Assembly (NCBI GenBank): GCA_024679065.1
Contig: JAGIQG010000002.1
Coordinates: 118,854,001 to 118,918,000 of the forward strand
Reading direction: 5' to 3'
Source of the DNA: Sphyrna mokarran
Lineage: Eukaryota
Length of the DNA stretch: 64,000 nucleotides
Positions 1 to 13,100 of the stretch are shown piece after piece; the first letter of the stretch is position 1, and every line of letters begins with the position of its first letter. The notes under the pieces are model-generated. The model saw only the letters and a program-made list of their open reading frames with translations, was not told where the DNA came from and searched no databases. Made by a program: the position numbers and the translations under genes.

Positions 1-78
1 AAACACAGTAAGAAGTCTCACAACACCAGGTTAAAAGGATTTCAACCCAGTGTTGTGAGACTTCTTACTGTGTTTATT
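1..78. mobile_element. Penelope-like (family A) pLTR-derived palindromic fragment, clipped by window edge
   Basis: Perfect 25-bp inverted arms AAACACAGTAAGAAGTCTCACAACA (1-25) / TGTTGTGAGACTTCTTACTGTGTTT (51-75). The same sequence lies at the end of the GIY-YIG-coding element at 41333. Confidence 0.75.
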
Positions 79-738
79 CTTTTAAGGTGAACAGACAGAG
101 GCTGAGATTTGGGAAGGGAACATACTGGGCGAATAAAGAATGAGAAAGAAGACCTGTATGTAAGTCTAGTTATGAGATGATGAGGTGCCGCTTCTGAAAG
201 AGTTTCACTTTGGGAATAACAAGCACTTGGTCAAATGCCAGCAAAGGAACATTCAAATGCATTGTAACATGCAAAATCCCCACAACTGAACCATTGTCAC
301 CTGCAGCCAGTACAACAATGAGTCCATTCCAGAGTTCCTGGTTATATAGTTACAAACTTGATCATGTAAGCTTTGTCTCACTTTGACAGATATTTAAATA
401 GCCAGGTTCACAGGTGTGAGTAAAATTATGGGATGCAACAACACAATAGCTGACATAGATATATCAGGGTGGGGGAAGGTGATCTGTTTAGCGTCAGTTG
501 CCAGTCGGAGAGGACGTGTGACTTACTTCCTGGTGAATTCACAAATTAGGAGAGATTCTGGCTGGTTTGCAATGGGTAATCTTCAGAGACAAGCAGCACA
601 TAAAGCCTATAGAAATAATCCACTGGGTGGCGCTAACAGTCACAAATGGTTTATTTTATATCCAGCACCAAAGGTATGTTTTCCAACATCCCCAGCTGGA
701 TGCTAATGTGAAACAGTGAGTGTTTTTTTTGTTTTTTT

Positions 739-1339
739 TAATCATTCATGGGCGTTTCTGGCATTTCTTGCCCATCCCCTTAGCTGCCCGAGAGCAGTTG
801 CTACAGATCTGATAAGGTCAGATCAGGTAAGGATGACAAATTTCCATCCCTCGGAGACATTAGTGAACCAGATGAATTTTCCTGACAATCAATAATGGTT
901 TCATAGTCATTGGTAATCACTGAATTCCTATAGACCAGAAAGAGGCCACTTGACCCATCAAGGTTGCACCAACAACAATCCCATGTAACCCCATATATTT
1001 ACCCTGCCTATCCTGACGCTAAGGAGCAATTTAGCATAGCCAATCCATCTGACTTGCAGATCTTTGGACTGCGGGAGGAAACTGGAGCACCTGGAGTAAA
1101 CCCACGCATGGAGAACATACAAACTTCACACAGACAGTGACCCGAGGCTGGAATTGAATCTGGGTTCCAGAAGCTGTGAGGCAGCAGTGCTAACCACTGT
1201 GCCACTCCAGATTAATTCCAGATATTTTTTATTGAATTCAAATTCCACCGTCTGTGGTGGTGGGATTCGAACCCAGGTCCCCAGAACATGAGCTGAGTTT
1301 CTAGATTAGTCTAGTGATAATACCATTCGGCCATTGCCT
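739..1339 (-). mobile_element. tRNA-derived SINE (type C), interrupted by an HE1 SINE
   Basis: Minus strand has a head with A box-like TGGCCGAATGG and B box GGTTCGAATCCC, and a tail GGGATGGGCAAGAAATGCC shared with the LINE at 18165-19230. Confidence 0.7.
915..1205 (-). mobile_element. HE1-type V-SINE
   Basis: Minus strand: GTGGCACAGTGGTTAGCACTGCTGCCTCACAG head, V-domain GTTTGTATGTTCTCCATGCGTGGG..., CR1-like tail. Confidence 0.9.
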
Positions 1340-2159
1340 GGTGATTGTTATAGAACCCATCCAATTTTCTTCCCATTGATTTCCCATTGGTTATGAAAAT
1401 GAGTTGACTTCTGTAACAGACTCAAGTGGTCACCTCATCCTCACCAATCTACTTGCATCTGTTTATTACGACAGTAACAGTTGGAGTGTTCCGTTTCATC
1501 GTTTAGCGTGAACGCTACTCCCACCATGCTAAATGGAATAAGTGAAGAACTGGAAACTAGGTGCCCACGTGGGCTTTCAGCTGCAGCAGAATGGAATTCC
1601 ACCCCAATCCGTAACCCCACTGCTCGGCAAACCCCTCACTCTATCATCAGCATCAAGCCAATGGACTCAGCCTGGTTCAATGATGGGCATAGGAGAGCAG
1701 GCCAGAAGCAACAGGAAAATGAGGTGCTCACTCAGCGAAGCTACAGCATACTCCAGAAGGGAAACACAAACAGTTGGAGCAGTTGAAGCCCCAAACTGGC
1801 ACTTTAATAGTCGTAACTGGATTTTAATTGGAATGGCTAAGAAACCTGAGTATTTGGAAATCCAGTAAAGACTTCCACATTCCAAATGGTCAGCGGTATA
1901 GGCATGCTAAATAGTGCAAATGGCTCGCTACAGACAAAGCTAAGAGGCTGACTAAACAAAGAGCAGGAGGAGGAGGCTTCTCCCAGAGGGAAAAAACAGT
2001 TCAGTACCCTTATTTCCCTATCTTATTGGTGCTCCATTTTAAAGTATGCAAGACCAGCTCTGACCAGTATTCTTATTTCCCCATTTTACTGTTTTCTCCC
2101 CATCCGCAATGAGAGTGGAGCCCGGTATTAGTGCAAAAGTCTAAGGTTGAAATATTCAC

Positions 2160-2342
2160 GACCATCATCAGCCAGAAGTACTGAGTGGATGATCCATCTC
2201 AGTCTCGCTCTGAGATCGCTAGCATCATAGATCCCAGCCTTCATTCACTCCAATCCACGTGATATGAAGAAACAGCTAAGTGCACTGGATATTGCAAAGG
2301 CTATGAGGCCCAACAATATCCCGGTGCTTGTGCTGAAAAATT
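2160..2342 (+). mobile_element. CR1-like LINE (family B) ORF2 fragment
   Basis: Reads DMKKQLSALDIAKAMRPNNIPVLVLK, the K-A-x-G-P-D-x-I-P motif just upstream of the RT domain. Confidence 0.6.
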
Positions 2343-2346
2343 AGGA

Positions 2347-5280
2347 GGGGAGTGATTGTCCCAGCCCACTGCTTTGCTCGTGTAGCACAGTGGACCAGGA
2401 AACATCACGAGTTCCCTTCCGAGCATCTAGGCCTTCATTTGTCTCCCAGCCTAAACTTTTCAGCACAAATGAAACTGTGCTGAAAATCAGCGTGGTGGTG
2501 ATTTATATGCGCTACCATATCCCTTAGCAGATTCAGACTAAATCCCCCCGCCCCTGCCACCCCGCTGGTTTCTACCCACTCTTCAGTGTGACATCGCACT
2601 GGCATCATTTGCAACTGCTTGAGAAAAGTGGGACCTGGCACGGCAGCAGTGAAGAGGAGGAGGAGGTAAGCATTATGGAGTTACAATCCCCGGAGTACAG
2701 AGGTGGGTGGTGATTGGACCTCAAAGTGTGCTGGATGGGATGGGGGAGTTCATTGAGTGCTGTTTCTAGGCCAAGGGATGTTCCATTGTTCTCTCTGTGA
2801 GGGTGGGATAGGAGACTTTACTGATTGCTGTTGGAGTTGTTGTCCCCAGGCCCAGGGATGTTCCATTGTTCTGGCTGTGGGGAGAGGGAGTTTACTGAGT
2901 GCTAGGGTTTTAGGCAGTGCAGGGGAAGGGGTGGGTGAAGTGCACCATGTACTACTTGAGGTCTCATCAAGTCAGGCAACTGGTGCTCCAAGCAGGGACT
3001 CTGCAGTGAATGGGAACCCATCTTGTGAATATCAGGAGGCTGTCCCTGCCCCGTGTGCCTGACCTGCAACATATGCCTGGAAGGAAATGCTGTCATAGCC
3101 CCATGGCAATGGCTCAAGGGAGGGCAGTGGCCACACCCGCACACCAAACTATGTGGCCACGATGCCAATAACAGACAACCTATTGAGGTGATGCTTGGCA
3201 CTCCAGATTGTGTTGCATTGCCAGCATCACAAGTGGAAAGACTGCTCCCAGTGAAGGAGTGGGTGTCCCAGGATAATACAATCCATCTCTCCCTTTAACT
3301 CCCACCGTGCAGATGGATTTCAGACTGTTAGGCCTGGAGTTGGCATTGTGATGGCAGCTGCTGAGGAGGAGGAGGCTGAGGAGACAGAGGAATTTATACG
3401 GTCACTGCTCAACCAGCCAGCAGCAGAACCTGCAGAAGGAGGGCAGAGGACTGCAGGTGAGACCCAGAAACTGGCAGCGCAGTCTCGTCCTGCGCATCCA
3501 ATGGGGACATCTGCCTATCACAGGCAACTGTGCACAAGTGTATTTGTCAGGTCATGTGTGCCTTGTGGGCTCGCACAGGGCAGCACATCAAATCTGATGC
3601 TGGCCAGGCACAGCAGGAGGCCCGGGCTCTGGTTTTACCGCCATTGTTGACATGCCCCATGTGCAGAGGGTTGTAGATGGGATGCACAACGCCCTGTGGT
3701 CTCCACGAGGTGAAGGCCAACCATTTATAAACAGGCGTCCTGTCTCTCAATGCCCAGATAGTCTATGACCACAGACTAATCATTATGTATGGCACCCAGG
3801 CAGTGTCCATGACGGCTATGTCCTGAGGTGTTCGGACATCCCTGGGTTATTTGAAGCCCAGCCCAGGCTGCCAGCATAGCTCATGGGGGACAAAGGCTAC
3901 TTGCTGAGATTGTGCTGATGATGTTCATGTGGAGGCCCAAGATCAAGGCAGAGTCCCACTACAACGAGGCCCACGCTACCTCCCGGTCCATCGAACCTAC
4001 TGAAAATGTGGTTCTGGTGCCTGGACCACTCTGAGGGTGTCCTAGGAACCTGTGTGTGTCTCATGCATCATTATAGTTTGCTGCATCTTGTACATCACTG
4101 TACGGAGCGGGGAAAGACCAGCTACAGGAGGCAGAGGAGAAGAAGAAAGAAGATTGCCAACTGCTGGATGTGGAGAAGGTGCTATACACGAGGAGCCAGA
4201 GGATGGAGGACAGGGGTGATGGTGAGGATCCGGCAAGACAGCAAAGGATGCTTTAAATGCAGCAAGATTCATTTAGTTGTGACAGTACAGTGTGGCGGCT
4301 GCTGCCATCCTTCCACCACACCCCAGGAGGTGCTGTAGCTGCCCCCCCCAATGCCAAACTGCCCCCTCAACTCTCCAACCCTTCCCCTCCCACACCCTCT
4401 TTCACTCCATTCCCATACCCATTCCCTCCCCGATTCATACCACCCACCCCAACCCTTCCCCTCCCCGTCCTCCTTCACCACCTCCCCACACAGTTCTGAG
4501 TCACATCACAACAGGGTAATGAGCCTGGGTTGGCCTTGTCAGCGAGCTATTGGTCAAGGTTGGAGAGTGATGACGACTCACTGTAAGATACTCTGGGGTC
4601 CTGTCCTGGTGCCGCACAAGTCTGACTCCTACCTGACTGCACTTGGGCCCATGTCAAGGTTTTGATCACAAATGTGCAGGCCATTGGGCCAGGAAGTTAG
4701 GGGGGAGCAGAGGGGTGTTAGATGCCGGGGTTAACGTTTGGCACATGGTCTGGTGGATGTTGGGGACAGCAATGGCAGGTGGTCTGTAACTTTTGGCCAA
4801 GAGGCCGGTAGAATGATGATCTTTACATTCACAAAAACCTTAACTCTGACCATTGCTAACCTTCACACATGCCCTCTTAGTGACCCTACAACTTTCTTAT
4901 CTGATGTGGTCCACTGCTATACCTAGGTACTTCCCCAGGATGCACATTGCAGGTGGAGACACTCAGTTGTGATTCCCACCCTATGGCCTGTGATGCCCTC
5001 AGTAGGTGTCATCAGAGGGGCTGAGACCTGGAGGACCCCACTAACTTGTGGATGACACTATTTCTGTGCCACCCTGTTTATCCGCCTGGCCCGGAAATAT
5101 CTTGGTGTGAGGAAGAGGGGCTTTGAAAGGTCTGGGGGCATCTGGATCTCCTGCATGGAAGGCCCTGGGATAGGCTTTTGCGTGCTCTCCTCCCTCAGGC
5201 TATCTGAGGCCCAAAGGACACTTCATCATTGACAAGTCAATCCTGGAGGGATTCCACAGAATCCTGGAGTTTGGGATCCT
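2347..5280 (+). mobile_element. Decayed PIF/Harbinger DNA transposon
   Basis: Starts GGGGAGTGATTGTCCC (Harbinger-like terminus), has a GC-rich body and contains the transposase relic below. The right boundary is approximate. Confidence 0.6.
3348..4270 (+). pseudogene. Harbinger (HARBI1-family) DDE transposase, frameshifted
   Basis: Motifs across frames: VDGMHNAL, PFINRR..SLNAQIVYDH, PGSVHDGYVLR, LMGDKGY, HYNEAHATSRS, LLKMWFWCLDHSEG. Confidence 0.85.
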
Positions 5281-5670
5281 CTGCTTTAAACCATCAATGA
5301 GACGACTAGGCTACTGAGGCCTGACAATATCTCAGCTGAATTCCAAAAAAGTTTTAGTAGTTTGAATGTAAGGACCAGTTGAGGAATAAGTAGTCTATGC
5401 GTGTTGGTCATATTCTTGGAGCTTTCATTACTTAACTGCCTGGGTCTAATGCTCCTCCTCTGCTGTGGATTTACTATTACATCCATCCTCACAGTACATC
5501 AGCTTCCCATGAAAATTGCAAAAGTAACAAAACCTTTGAAAACCAATTGGATGTTTTTTTGACTCCGTTAAATAATTCTTTCTTTCTCCCATCTCCAATA
5601 TTTTTAGAATAAATGGGCAAAGAATTCCTCAAAGAAAATGAATAAAAAAATCATTGCAGAATCCTGGAAA

Positions 5671-5941
5671 AATCATCGAATCTCCACAGTGCAGAAAGAG
5701 GCCATTTGGCCCATCAAACCTGCACTGACAATAATCCCACCCTGGCTCTATCATCGTTACCCCACTATTTACCCTGACTCTAAGTAATAATTTTAACATG
5801 ACCAATCCACCTAACCTGCACCTCCAGAGGAAATCTGTGCAGACATGAGGAGAACGTGCAAACTCTATACCGTCACCTGAGGCTGGAATTGAACCTGGCA
5901 CTCTAATGCTGTGAGGCAACAGTGCTAAGCACTATGCCACC
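5671..5941 (-). mobile_element. HE1-type V-SINE (internally deleted)
   Basis: tRNA-like head at the right end, partial V-domain, tail GATGGGCCAAATGGCCTCTTTCTGCACTGTG. Confidence 0.88.
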
Positions 5942-6121
5942 AATCCTGGAAACCAATCTTCAATTCCTGGAGACTCCTGAATTAACAATTCAGGATTAGC
6001 AATATTAGTTGAGGCCCATCCTGACTGTTGTAATATGCCTTTAAGGGATATCGGCATGACATCAGTAGAAGGGAAATGTGTCATGTGATCCAGTCTTAGT
6101 TTCAGTCTCGCTTTGAGCAGA

Positions 6122-6135
6122 GCGTACGCGCGCGC

Positions 6136-6169
<34 letters not shown>
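6122..6169. repeat. (CG)n-(CA)n microsatellite
   Basis: GCGTACGCGCGCGCACACGCACACACA..., a continuous purine-pyrimidine alternation. Confidence 0.95.
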
Positions 6170-6171
<2 letters not shown>

Positions 6172-7936
6172 CTAACGTCTTCAAGCTTCGAAGACACCAG
6201 AGCTGGGACAGTCAGTAAAAATATAAATGAGTCCTGAACAAACCTGCACAAACAGAAACTTTAACAAATAGGTCAGACAGTGCATGGGCCTGTTACAGTG
6301 GGGTGTAACAATGTGGAAGAAATCTGAAGCAGCAACAATAACGAAGCGTTATACTGTTCTCAGCGGTAATACATTTCAAGAGGGACAATATCGTTCTTTT
6401 TGTTTATAACGAGGAAAATGTCCAATTTGCTTAATGTTGGCATGAAAGGGCTGTGCAAACCATTGCTGTTATTGGGTAAGTAACTGATAGCTCTCCACTA
6501 ATGCTGGTAGCGATCATCTGATTTACTAAACTCCTTGAGGAGCCCTCCATTTCATAGCTCTCCTGCAGTTCCCCGTTACAAGCTGACAATCTGAATGGCG
6601 CTTCTGACTCAACACAAATAACTCCTTTCAGCAAACCCTCTGACCGGAGGTGGGTTTTTTTTTTAATATTGCAACGGCAATCTCCGTGCACGACATCAAT
6701 CTGGTAAAATCTAGACTCCTAACGTGATCAGAAAAAGGGGAGGAAAGAAACCAAAATGGTTGCTGTTCATTTAAATAAATTATAAAGCGATCTTTGTGCG
6801 AGTGGGAAATCCATAATTAGCGAGCCATTCTCTAATGACACTGCAGTGGGGCTTGCGTCTGAAAGCCATTTGAATGAAGTGCAGGCCTTGAGGACATGTT
6901 TCTTTCGTTAGAAGGAGCACTCGCCCTAACGGATGAGACATTTATTTGCCACCGTTAACTCTCAGGCACCTCTGTCTGGGGACCCCTGGCCTGTTTAGCA
7001 TTGTTCGCGAGATGCCGGGGACTGCTGATACGGAAAGGTGGTCTCATCTTTGTCACAGGCAATGTCATGAAACATTTACAGCACTGAATTAATTTCTGCT
7101 CCACTGAAGATGCAATTTGCATGAGTTAGGATGAAAAATGCATGAATATATTATGAACAGTGGCATATGATTTAACACTGTAGGCACTGTAGCATTCTAT
7201 TGGCTGGCGCGAACCCTACTAATTAAATGCCAAAAATCTCAATTTTCTCTGAACTTTGACCTCAGTGACTGACTTACAGGCTAGTGAAACCCTGCAACTC
7301 CCTCTTCACAAATAAAACTGCTGAGGCTAAATTAATTGAAAATCTCAAAACGGAAATTGGTTTAATTCTGTTAGGCCAAGTGTACTCGGTTTTTAAGGAA
7401 CCTAGCTAGGTAAATAGGGATAAAACAGGGGCGAGCCATCATCTAGCTGAATGGTAGAACAAGTTCAAGGGGCTGAATGGCCTCCTTTTCCTCTGCTATT
7501 TTGCCGTCTCAGGATGGTAAATTTGGTGCAAAGCCGCGTTTCTCCAGTAGAAGGCAGTGTTGACTGGAGAGGCTTTTATCACGAGGGGCCCAGAGTTTTA
7601 TTGACCGTTTGTTATCTGTGTCTTAAAGCAAGGACTCTGGGCTCACAGAAAAGCAGTGGTGAAAATTCTCTGGAGCAGATGTGAAGCTAACGTCATTGAT
7701 TAGTACCTCCAATCAGCAAAGTTGGTGTACGATTCCCTCCATTTCTGCTCATTTACGTGACAGAGCTAACTCATTTATTTTAAAATCTGTTAATGCTTGC
7801 AAGAAAGTGTATATTGGAATGTGATACCAAGGCATGTGAAACTCTCCGAAGTGAACTTTGCCAGGCACAGGTTCTGTGACAGGTCTCTTGCCCTATCCCA
7901 AATTTTCCATCCTGTCACTACCTTGATCAGACCATT

Positions 7937-8225
7937 TAAGTTTAAAGTTGATTTATTATTGTCACAAGCAGCCTTATATTAATACTGCAAAGGAGTCACT
8001 GTGAAAATTCCCTAGTTGCCACACTCTGGCATCTATTCAGATACACTGAGTAAGAATTTAGCGTGCACCTAACCAGCATGTCTTTCAGACTGTGGGAGGA
8101 AACCGGAGCACCTGGAGGAAATGCATGCTGAAACGGGGAGAATGTGCAGACAGTGACCCAAGGTGTGAATCAAATTCAAGTCCCTGATGCTGTGAGGCAG
8201 CAGTGCTAACCAGTGTGCCACTGAG
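7937..8225 (-). mobile_element. V-SINE with alternative (type B) tail
   Basis: HE1-like head and V-domain, but the tail is GGCAACTAGGGAATTTTCACAG...CTTGTGACAATAATAAATCAAC. Confidence 0.85.
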
Positions 8226-8872
8226 CCCCCTTTTCTACTTCATCTCAATCGGTCTTTGACAGGAAGGAAGCACTTCAATCAGAATTAATTATCTTCCAAT
8301 TTGACAGGGTAGAGGGACAGGTAGAGGTGATGAGGAGGATTACAATTCTCCGCGACGTGACTTAGCGATCAAAATGTGACACTTGGCAGCTCTCAGTATG
8401 TGTGTTTGTTGTGTTTATCTCGGAAACTGAGAGACTCACGATTGCTGGAATTCTATTGCCTCGCTTGCCATGGAATCGGAGTGGGCGAGGGGCGGACAAC
8501 AGAAATGTCTGTTAACCTCAGGCGGGAATTTCCAGTCTCACACGAAAAAGGGGCTAAAATCCCACCTGACTTGTCTTAGTACAGGAACGATCCTTGCACC
8601 ATTAGTAAGAAATTCACTGCCTTGGAGCTATGAAGCTGCTGTAGTAGATTTACTTCACACTGGAACTGAGAGCTTCCTGCTTAGTGTGTCTCAATCCCAT
8701 ACTGGATATGCTTTTACCAATAAATGCACTTGGAGCATTACACCATGCCCAAATATCAGAGAGCCAGTGTAATTAGAATATTTTAATAATAGTTGATCAT
8801 ATTAAATGGCCAGTGGCTTCACACAGGAGGATTGGTTTGAGGACGTAAATTGAGGCCATAACATCATGGGTC

Positions 8873-9007
8873 AGAGCTCTGGCAAAGGATCATCTAGACT
8901 TGAAACGTCAGCTCAGTTCTCTCTCCGCAGATGCTGTCAGATCTGCTAAGATTTTCCAGCATTTTCTATCTTTGTTTCAGATTCCAGCATCTGCAGCATT
9001 TTGCCTT
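8873..9007 (+). mobile_element. Penelope-like pLTR fragment (family B) with degenerate hammerhead motif
   Basis: GAGCT-CTGGCAA-AGGATCATCTAGACTT-GAAA-CGTC-AGCTC. Flanked by 14-bp TSD TAACATCATG(G/A)GTC (8859-8872 and 9008-9021). Confidence 0.7.
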
Positions 9008-9033
9008 TAACATCATGAGTCTTGCTCTAATTT

Positions 9034-9313
9034 AGAACATAGAACATAGAACATTACAGCACAGAACAGGCCCTTCAGCCTTCGATGTTGTGCCGACCAA
9101 AATAAAAAGCAATGCCCCTCCAAACTAAACCATTCCCTTCTCTTCCATATACTTATCAATTAACCTCTTAAACGCCACCAAACTTGGCGCATCTACAACA
9201 GCTGCAGGCAGGGCATTCCACTCCCTAATCACTCTTTGAGTAAAGAACCTACCTCTGATATCCGTCCTATAACTCATACCCCTTAATTTAAAGCTGTGTC
9301 CCCTCGTACTAGC
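9034..9313 (-). mobile_element. Young CR1 (HER1-like) 3' end, 5'-truncated
   Basis: Encodes ...TRGHSFKLRG...LIDKYMEEKGMV with a (TTCTATG)n tail; nearly identical to 36308-36591. Confidence 0.95.
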
Positions 9314-10197
9314 ACCAATTTTATCCATTGGTACTGGTGACATTTACTGTAGATGCTACACCTGAATTGGGAGAACTTAAAGTGCTCCCTCCCCCCACAC
9401 TAACCTTTCTCATCTAATAGAACACAGAAAATAACCCATTATTAGTTGAGCCACTGGTGATACTGATATCACATCTTGCCCTCTGCTGCTTGCCCAACAT
9501 TTTGTATCTCCATGTCAGATCCCCCACAAGAACATATCAGGAGTGAATCAGTACCTGATCAGACGCTGCCATTAAATGCACATTCATATTAATTGGTGCC
9601 TTTAAATTAATGGTCCCATTAACAAGGTGCCTATTAAATAGCAGCTTCTGTGCTATGTCTCTGTGTTTCAATTTTATGTTGTTGTTTCTAATCTCCAAAA
9701 CATGCATTTATTAGACCACTTATGTTGACAGCTTGTGAAACTTTTGTGCTTTATTTGTGAATGCAGATGTGTGATTAATGTGGCTGATAGAGAAAACAGA
9801 TCCATTTCATTAGGTAAGCTACATAATGACTGCAAGTTCCTCACTTAACTTATGTTCCACGTCATTGTCTGTGCTTTTAAGTACAATGTTGTCTACATGC
9901 TGAGCAAGCAGCTCAGTCGATCGGTGAGCTATTTCGGTGAGTTTTGTTACTTTTTTTGCCCAAGCATTTGATGCTTAGGCAACAGGTTTACCTCAGTTGC
10001 ACTTTGCTCCAATGCTAATGTACGGTATGAAATAAGGTGCCAAATAAGGCCTGAGCTGACTGTGAAATAGGATCAGGGTTCGGAATTTTACTGTCCGCTC
10101 ACCACAGAAATCAGAGCAGGTGAGGGCGGATCATGGAAAGGCCCATTGACCATGGGTGGAAATTCTTCGGATGAGCGAATCCCAACCAGAGTCTTTC

Positions 10198-13100
10198 TAT
10201 TGCAGGTATAAGGAGAGCTGTATTTTTTTATTAAAGTGATATTAAGATATCTGCCTCCAGTGACAGGGTCCAAATGGCAGACTCATATGACAAGCCAGTT
10301 AGTCAGTACAGCATTACATTTTCAAAATTCAAACAAACCCTTTTTCATTAAAAAAGATACGAACAATCCCTTTTTCACATTGTAGAAAAGACACAAACAT
10401 TCCAATTGTCCTATGAACAAAAGGCACATTTGCATGTATGACCCCATTATCCATGTTACACCCACTATTCTCATGCACGCTGACTGTTTGGTCTATTTGT
10501 CAGTCTCTGCTTATGCATTGCACACAGACTTTCAACTGTAGAAGGCCTCTTACTGGAACGTGTGTGCATCAGGCTGATGTTTTTGTCCACAGAGTGTGGT
10601 TTCCCTGGCCCTTGTTGCCTAGGTGACTATTACTTTTCCATTGGGGTTGTTGGGAACCCATGGACCTCTGGGATGGATGATCATTTTATGCTCAGTAAAG
10701 AAGTAAATCCCTTCTCCCTGACTACCCAATTGCAGTGAAACAGCAGTTTTGCTAGCTGATGGCCTAGGCCTGCAGTTGTACCTATTTGTTAGGATGAGTT
10801 TTTTCAACTCCTGCTTTGAGTTCCCAGCTGTGGAAGTATGGGTTGTTCTTATCCCCTGATACATTTGTATTGTCCCTGGAATTTGATTGATAAGATCTTG
10901 CACAACTTAGTTCATTGAAAACTTCAGTTTATTGTGCGTTTTCCAAGGTATATACTCAGCTGGAATTGTGCCTATTAATTCTTCCAGTTCGGTGCTGATG
11001 TGAACATTTTTCTGTGGAACATTTACTTTTGGCTCGTGCATTTCATTGCAGTGATGTGGTTGGCAACCATCTTGTGGTTTACTTGAACTTTGTCTCCCCC
11101 CCTTTCTGGGATCTTCTGCTTCCCTCTCTCTGGGTTCTTTTTCTGTTGGCACATTCAGGATTGCCACTCCAAGTTTTTCACTAGCTTCAGCTGAGATGAG
11201 TGATCGTTGTGCCCCTCTATGGTCTGAAAGTTGAGATCTTCCTTCTGGCCATTGCAATGGGCCGTCAGACTAATTTGTCCTTTTGGGATGAGTCCTGGGC
11301 CATCATATAGCCTCAGCCTTACTTCTGAGGGTTTGATTTTCAGATCACCATGTTGGTTCACTTCACACAGGTCTGTGAAGGTCATTATGTTGAATGATGT
11401 ACCTGTGCTTATCTGACGCTTCTTGTTTGCTTAATATTCTCCTTCTGCAATCATCCTTGTGACAGTCACAAACCAATTGGTACTTATGAACTTGACTGAA
11501 TAAACCTGTTGCATTTAGGAGTTTCTCGCCTGCTGATATCTCTGCAGTTTATATAGGCTGGTTTTGCTTTTTGCTGGTCAAGCACTTGTATGTGGAATGA
11601 TTCAGCTTCTTGCAGTTACAACACCGCTCTCTCCAGGTTGGGCAATGCCTTTCCTGCGCATGTTGCACTCCTTAGTATTCACATCCTCCTCTTTGTTGGT
11701 GATTGCTCTGCTCTTTTGGCTTGGACTGTCTCTCAGCATAAAGTATTTCTTGATCTGCCCTGCCATTCATATGCTGTAGCTGTAGTTTCATAACATCTGC
11801 ATTTTGACAGTTGTCCATCACTTTCATTAGCATTAGCTTCTTAGCAGATTTGCTCTCACTGAGGGAACTCTCACAGTCTAGGGCCAATCTATCTTTGATC
11901 AAATCATCTTTTACCTGTCCAAATGCTCATGACTCTGCTAGCTGCATTACTACCATGACATGCCATTCAATGGTTTTGTTTACACTCTGAACTCTAGAGT
12001 TGAATACATAACGTTCAAATGTGACATTCACTTGGGATTCAAATTGTGCCCTCAATGCTTTTAAAATCTCTGCCATCTGTTCTTTTTGCTCATTAATTAG
12101 ACTTAGAGTGGTATAATTTTGTGGTAATCACTTAGCAGTGTTAAAAGTTTAACTATGCTTATCAATTTAGGCTTCTTTTATGTTCTTTGCAATATCATAA
12201 GCCTGGTTTTTGCACTGATCGGGAGCACACGCTCGATGGGCCTGGAAGCCAATGTAAACCTTGTTCCCAGCTATGGCTGGCCCAGGAGCACAATTACCTG
12301 CTGACTGACCAACTGGCGGCCATCAGTGGGAAACACGCGCTGGGAAAGGCTGAGTGCTACCAGGGACGATAGGAAGAGGCCGGGCACCAAGAATGCAGAG
12401 GGTGTGGATTGGCACTCCTAATGCACTCCCTCAGAGGATCAGCCACTGTGGGGCAGTTCCAGGGAACTGCTGACATATGACAATATCCACATTAAAACTA
12501 TGCCATGAGTACACGGGGAGCACAATCAAGCAGAGACTCAGTCCCCAGACACACCAATTAATTTTATTTTAACTCTAATAGTTCATCGTGCCCTGGATCA
12601 AATTTGCAGCTCAAATGTAAAGGCTGTCTGGCCAATCAGCTGACCTGCAGATTGTAGAAGCCATTCAGTTGGTCCCTTATTTGGCTAAATTGCTTGTTTG
12701 TATGTCAGCGGGCACAGTTCCGACTCACGCTCGTGCCCACTAACCGAAATATTGCAGTAATGCGTGATCACATCAGAACACCCGCCAGATGTCTCCTCTC
12801 ATGATTTCACAGGCTTCCGGCTTGGCTGGGTTTTGCGATTGAGAAAATTACCAGTTTGATCATGTACCATTCTTCAACTGGACTTGTGATAGGATTGCAA
12901 AATTCACTCCCTGCATTTTTATTCACTCAATAATTTACTCAGACATGTTCTGTGCATGCTTTCTCCCTGGAGCCAGTGATTTCACTTGTAGACAGTGTGT
13001 GCTGTCCTCACTCATGGCCTTAGTTTGTCTGTTTCCCTTTGTACTTTTCAGCAGCTTTTTTTTTGCAGATTTTGAATTGTTGAGCCATTCCTGGGTTCTC

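Noticed and set aside
3348-4338. Host HARBI1 gene (also 57345-58425)
   Set aside because: Frameshifts, stops and deletions without exon structure indicate dead transposon copies.
4290-4500. Proline-rich ORFs (also 35636-36022)
   Set aside because: These are C-rich low-complexity interiors of Harbinger-like elements that are open in several frames.
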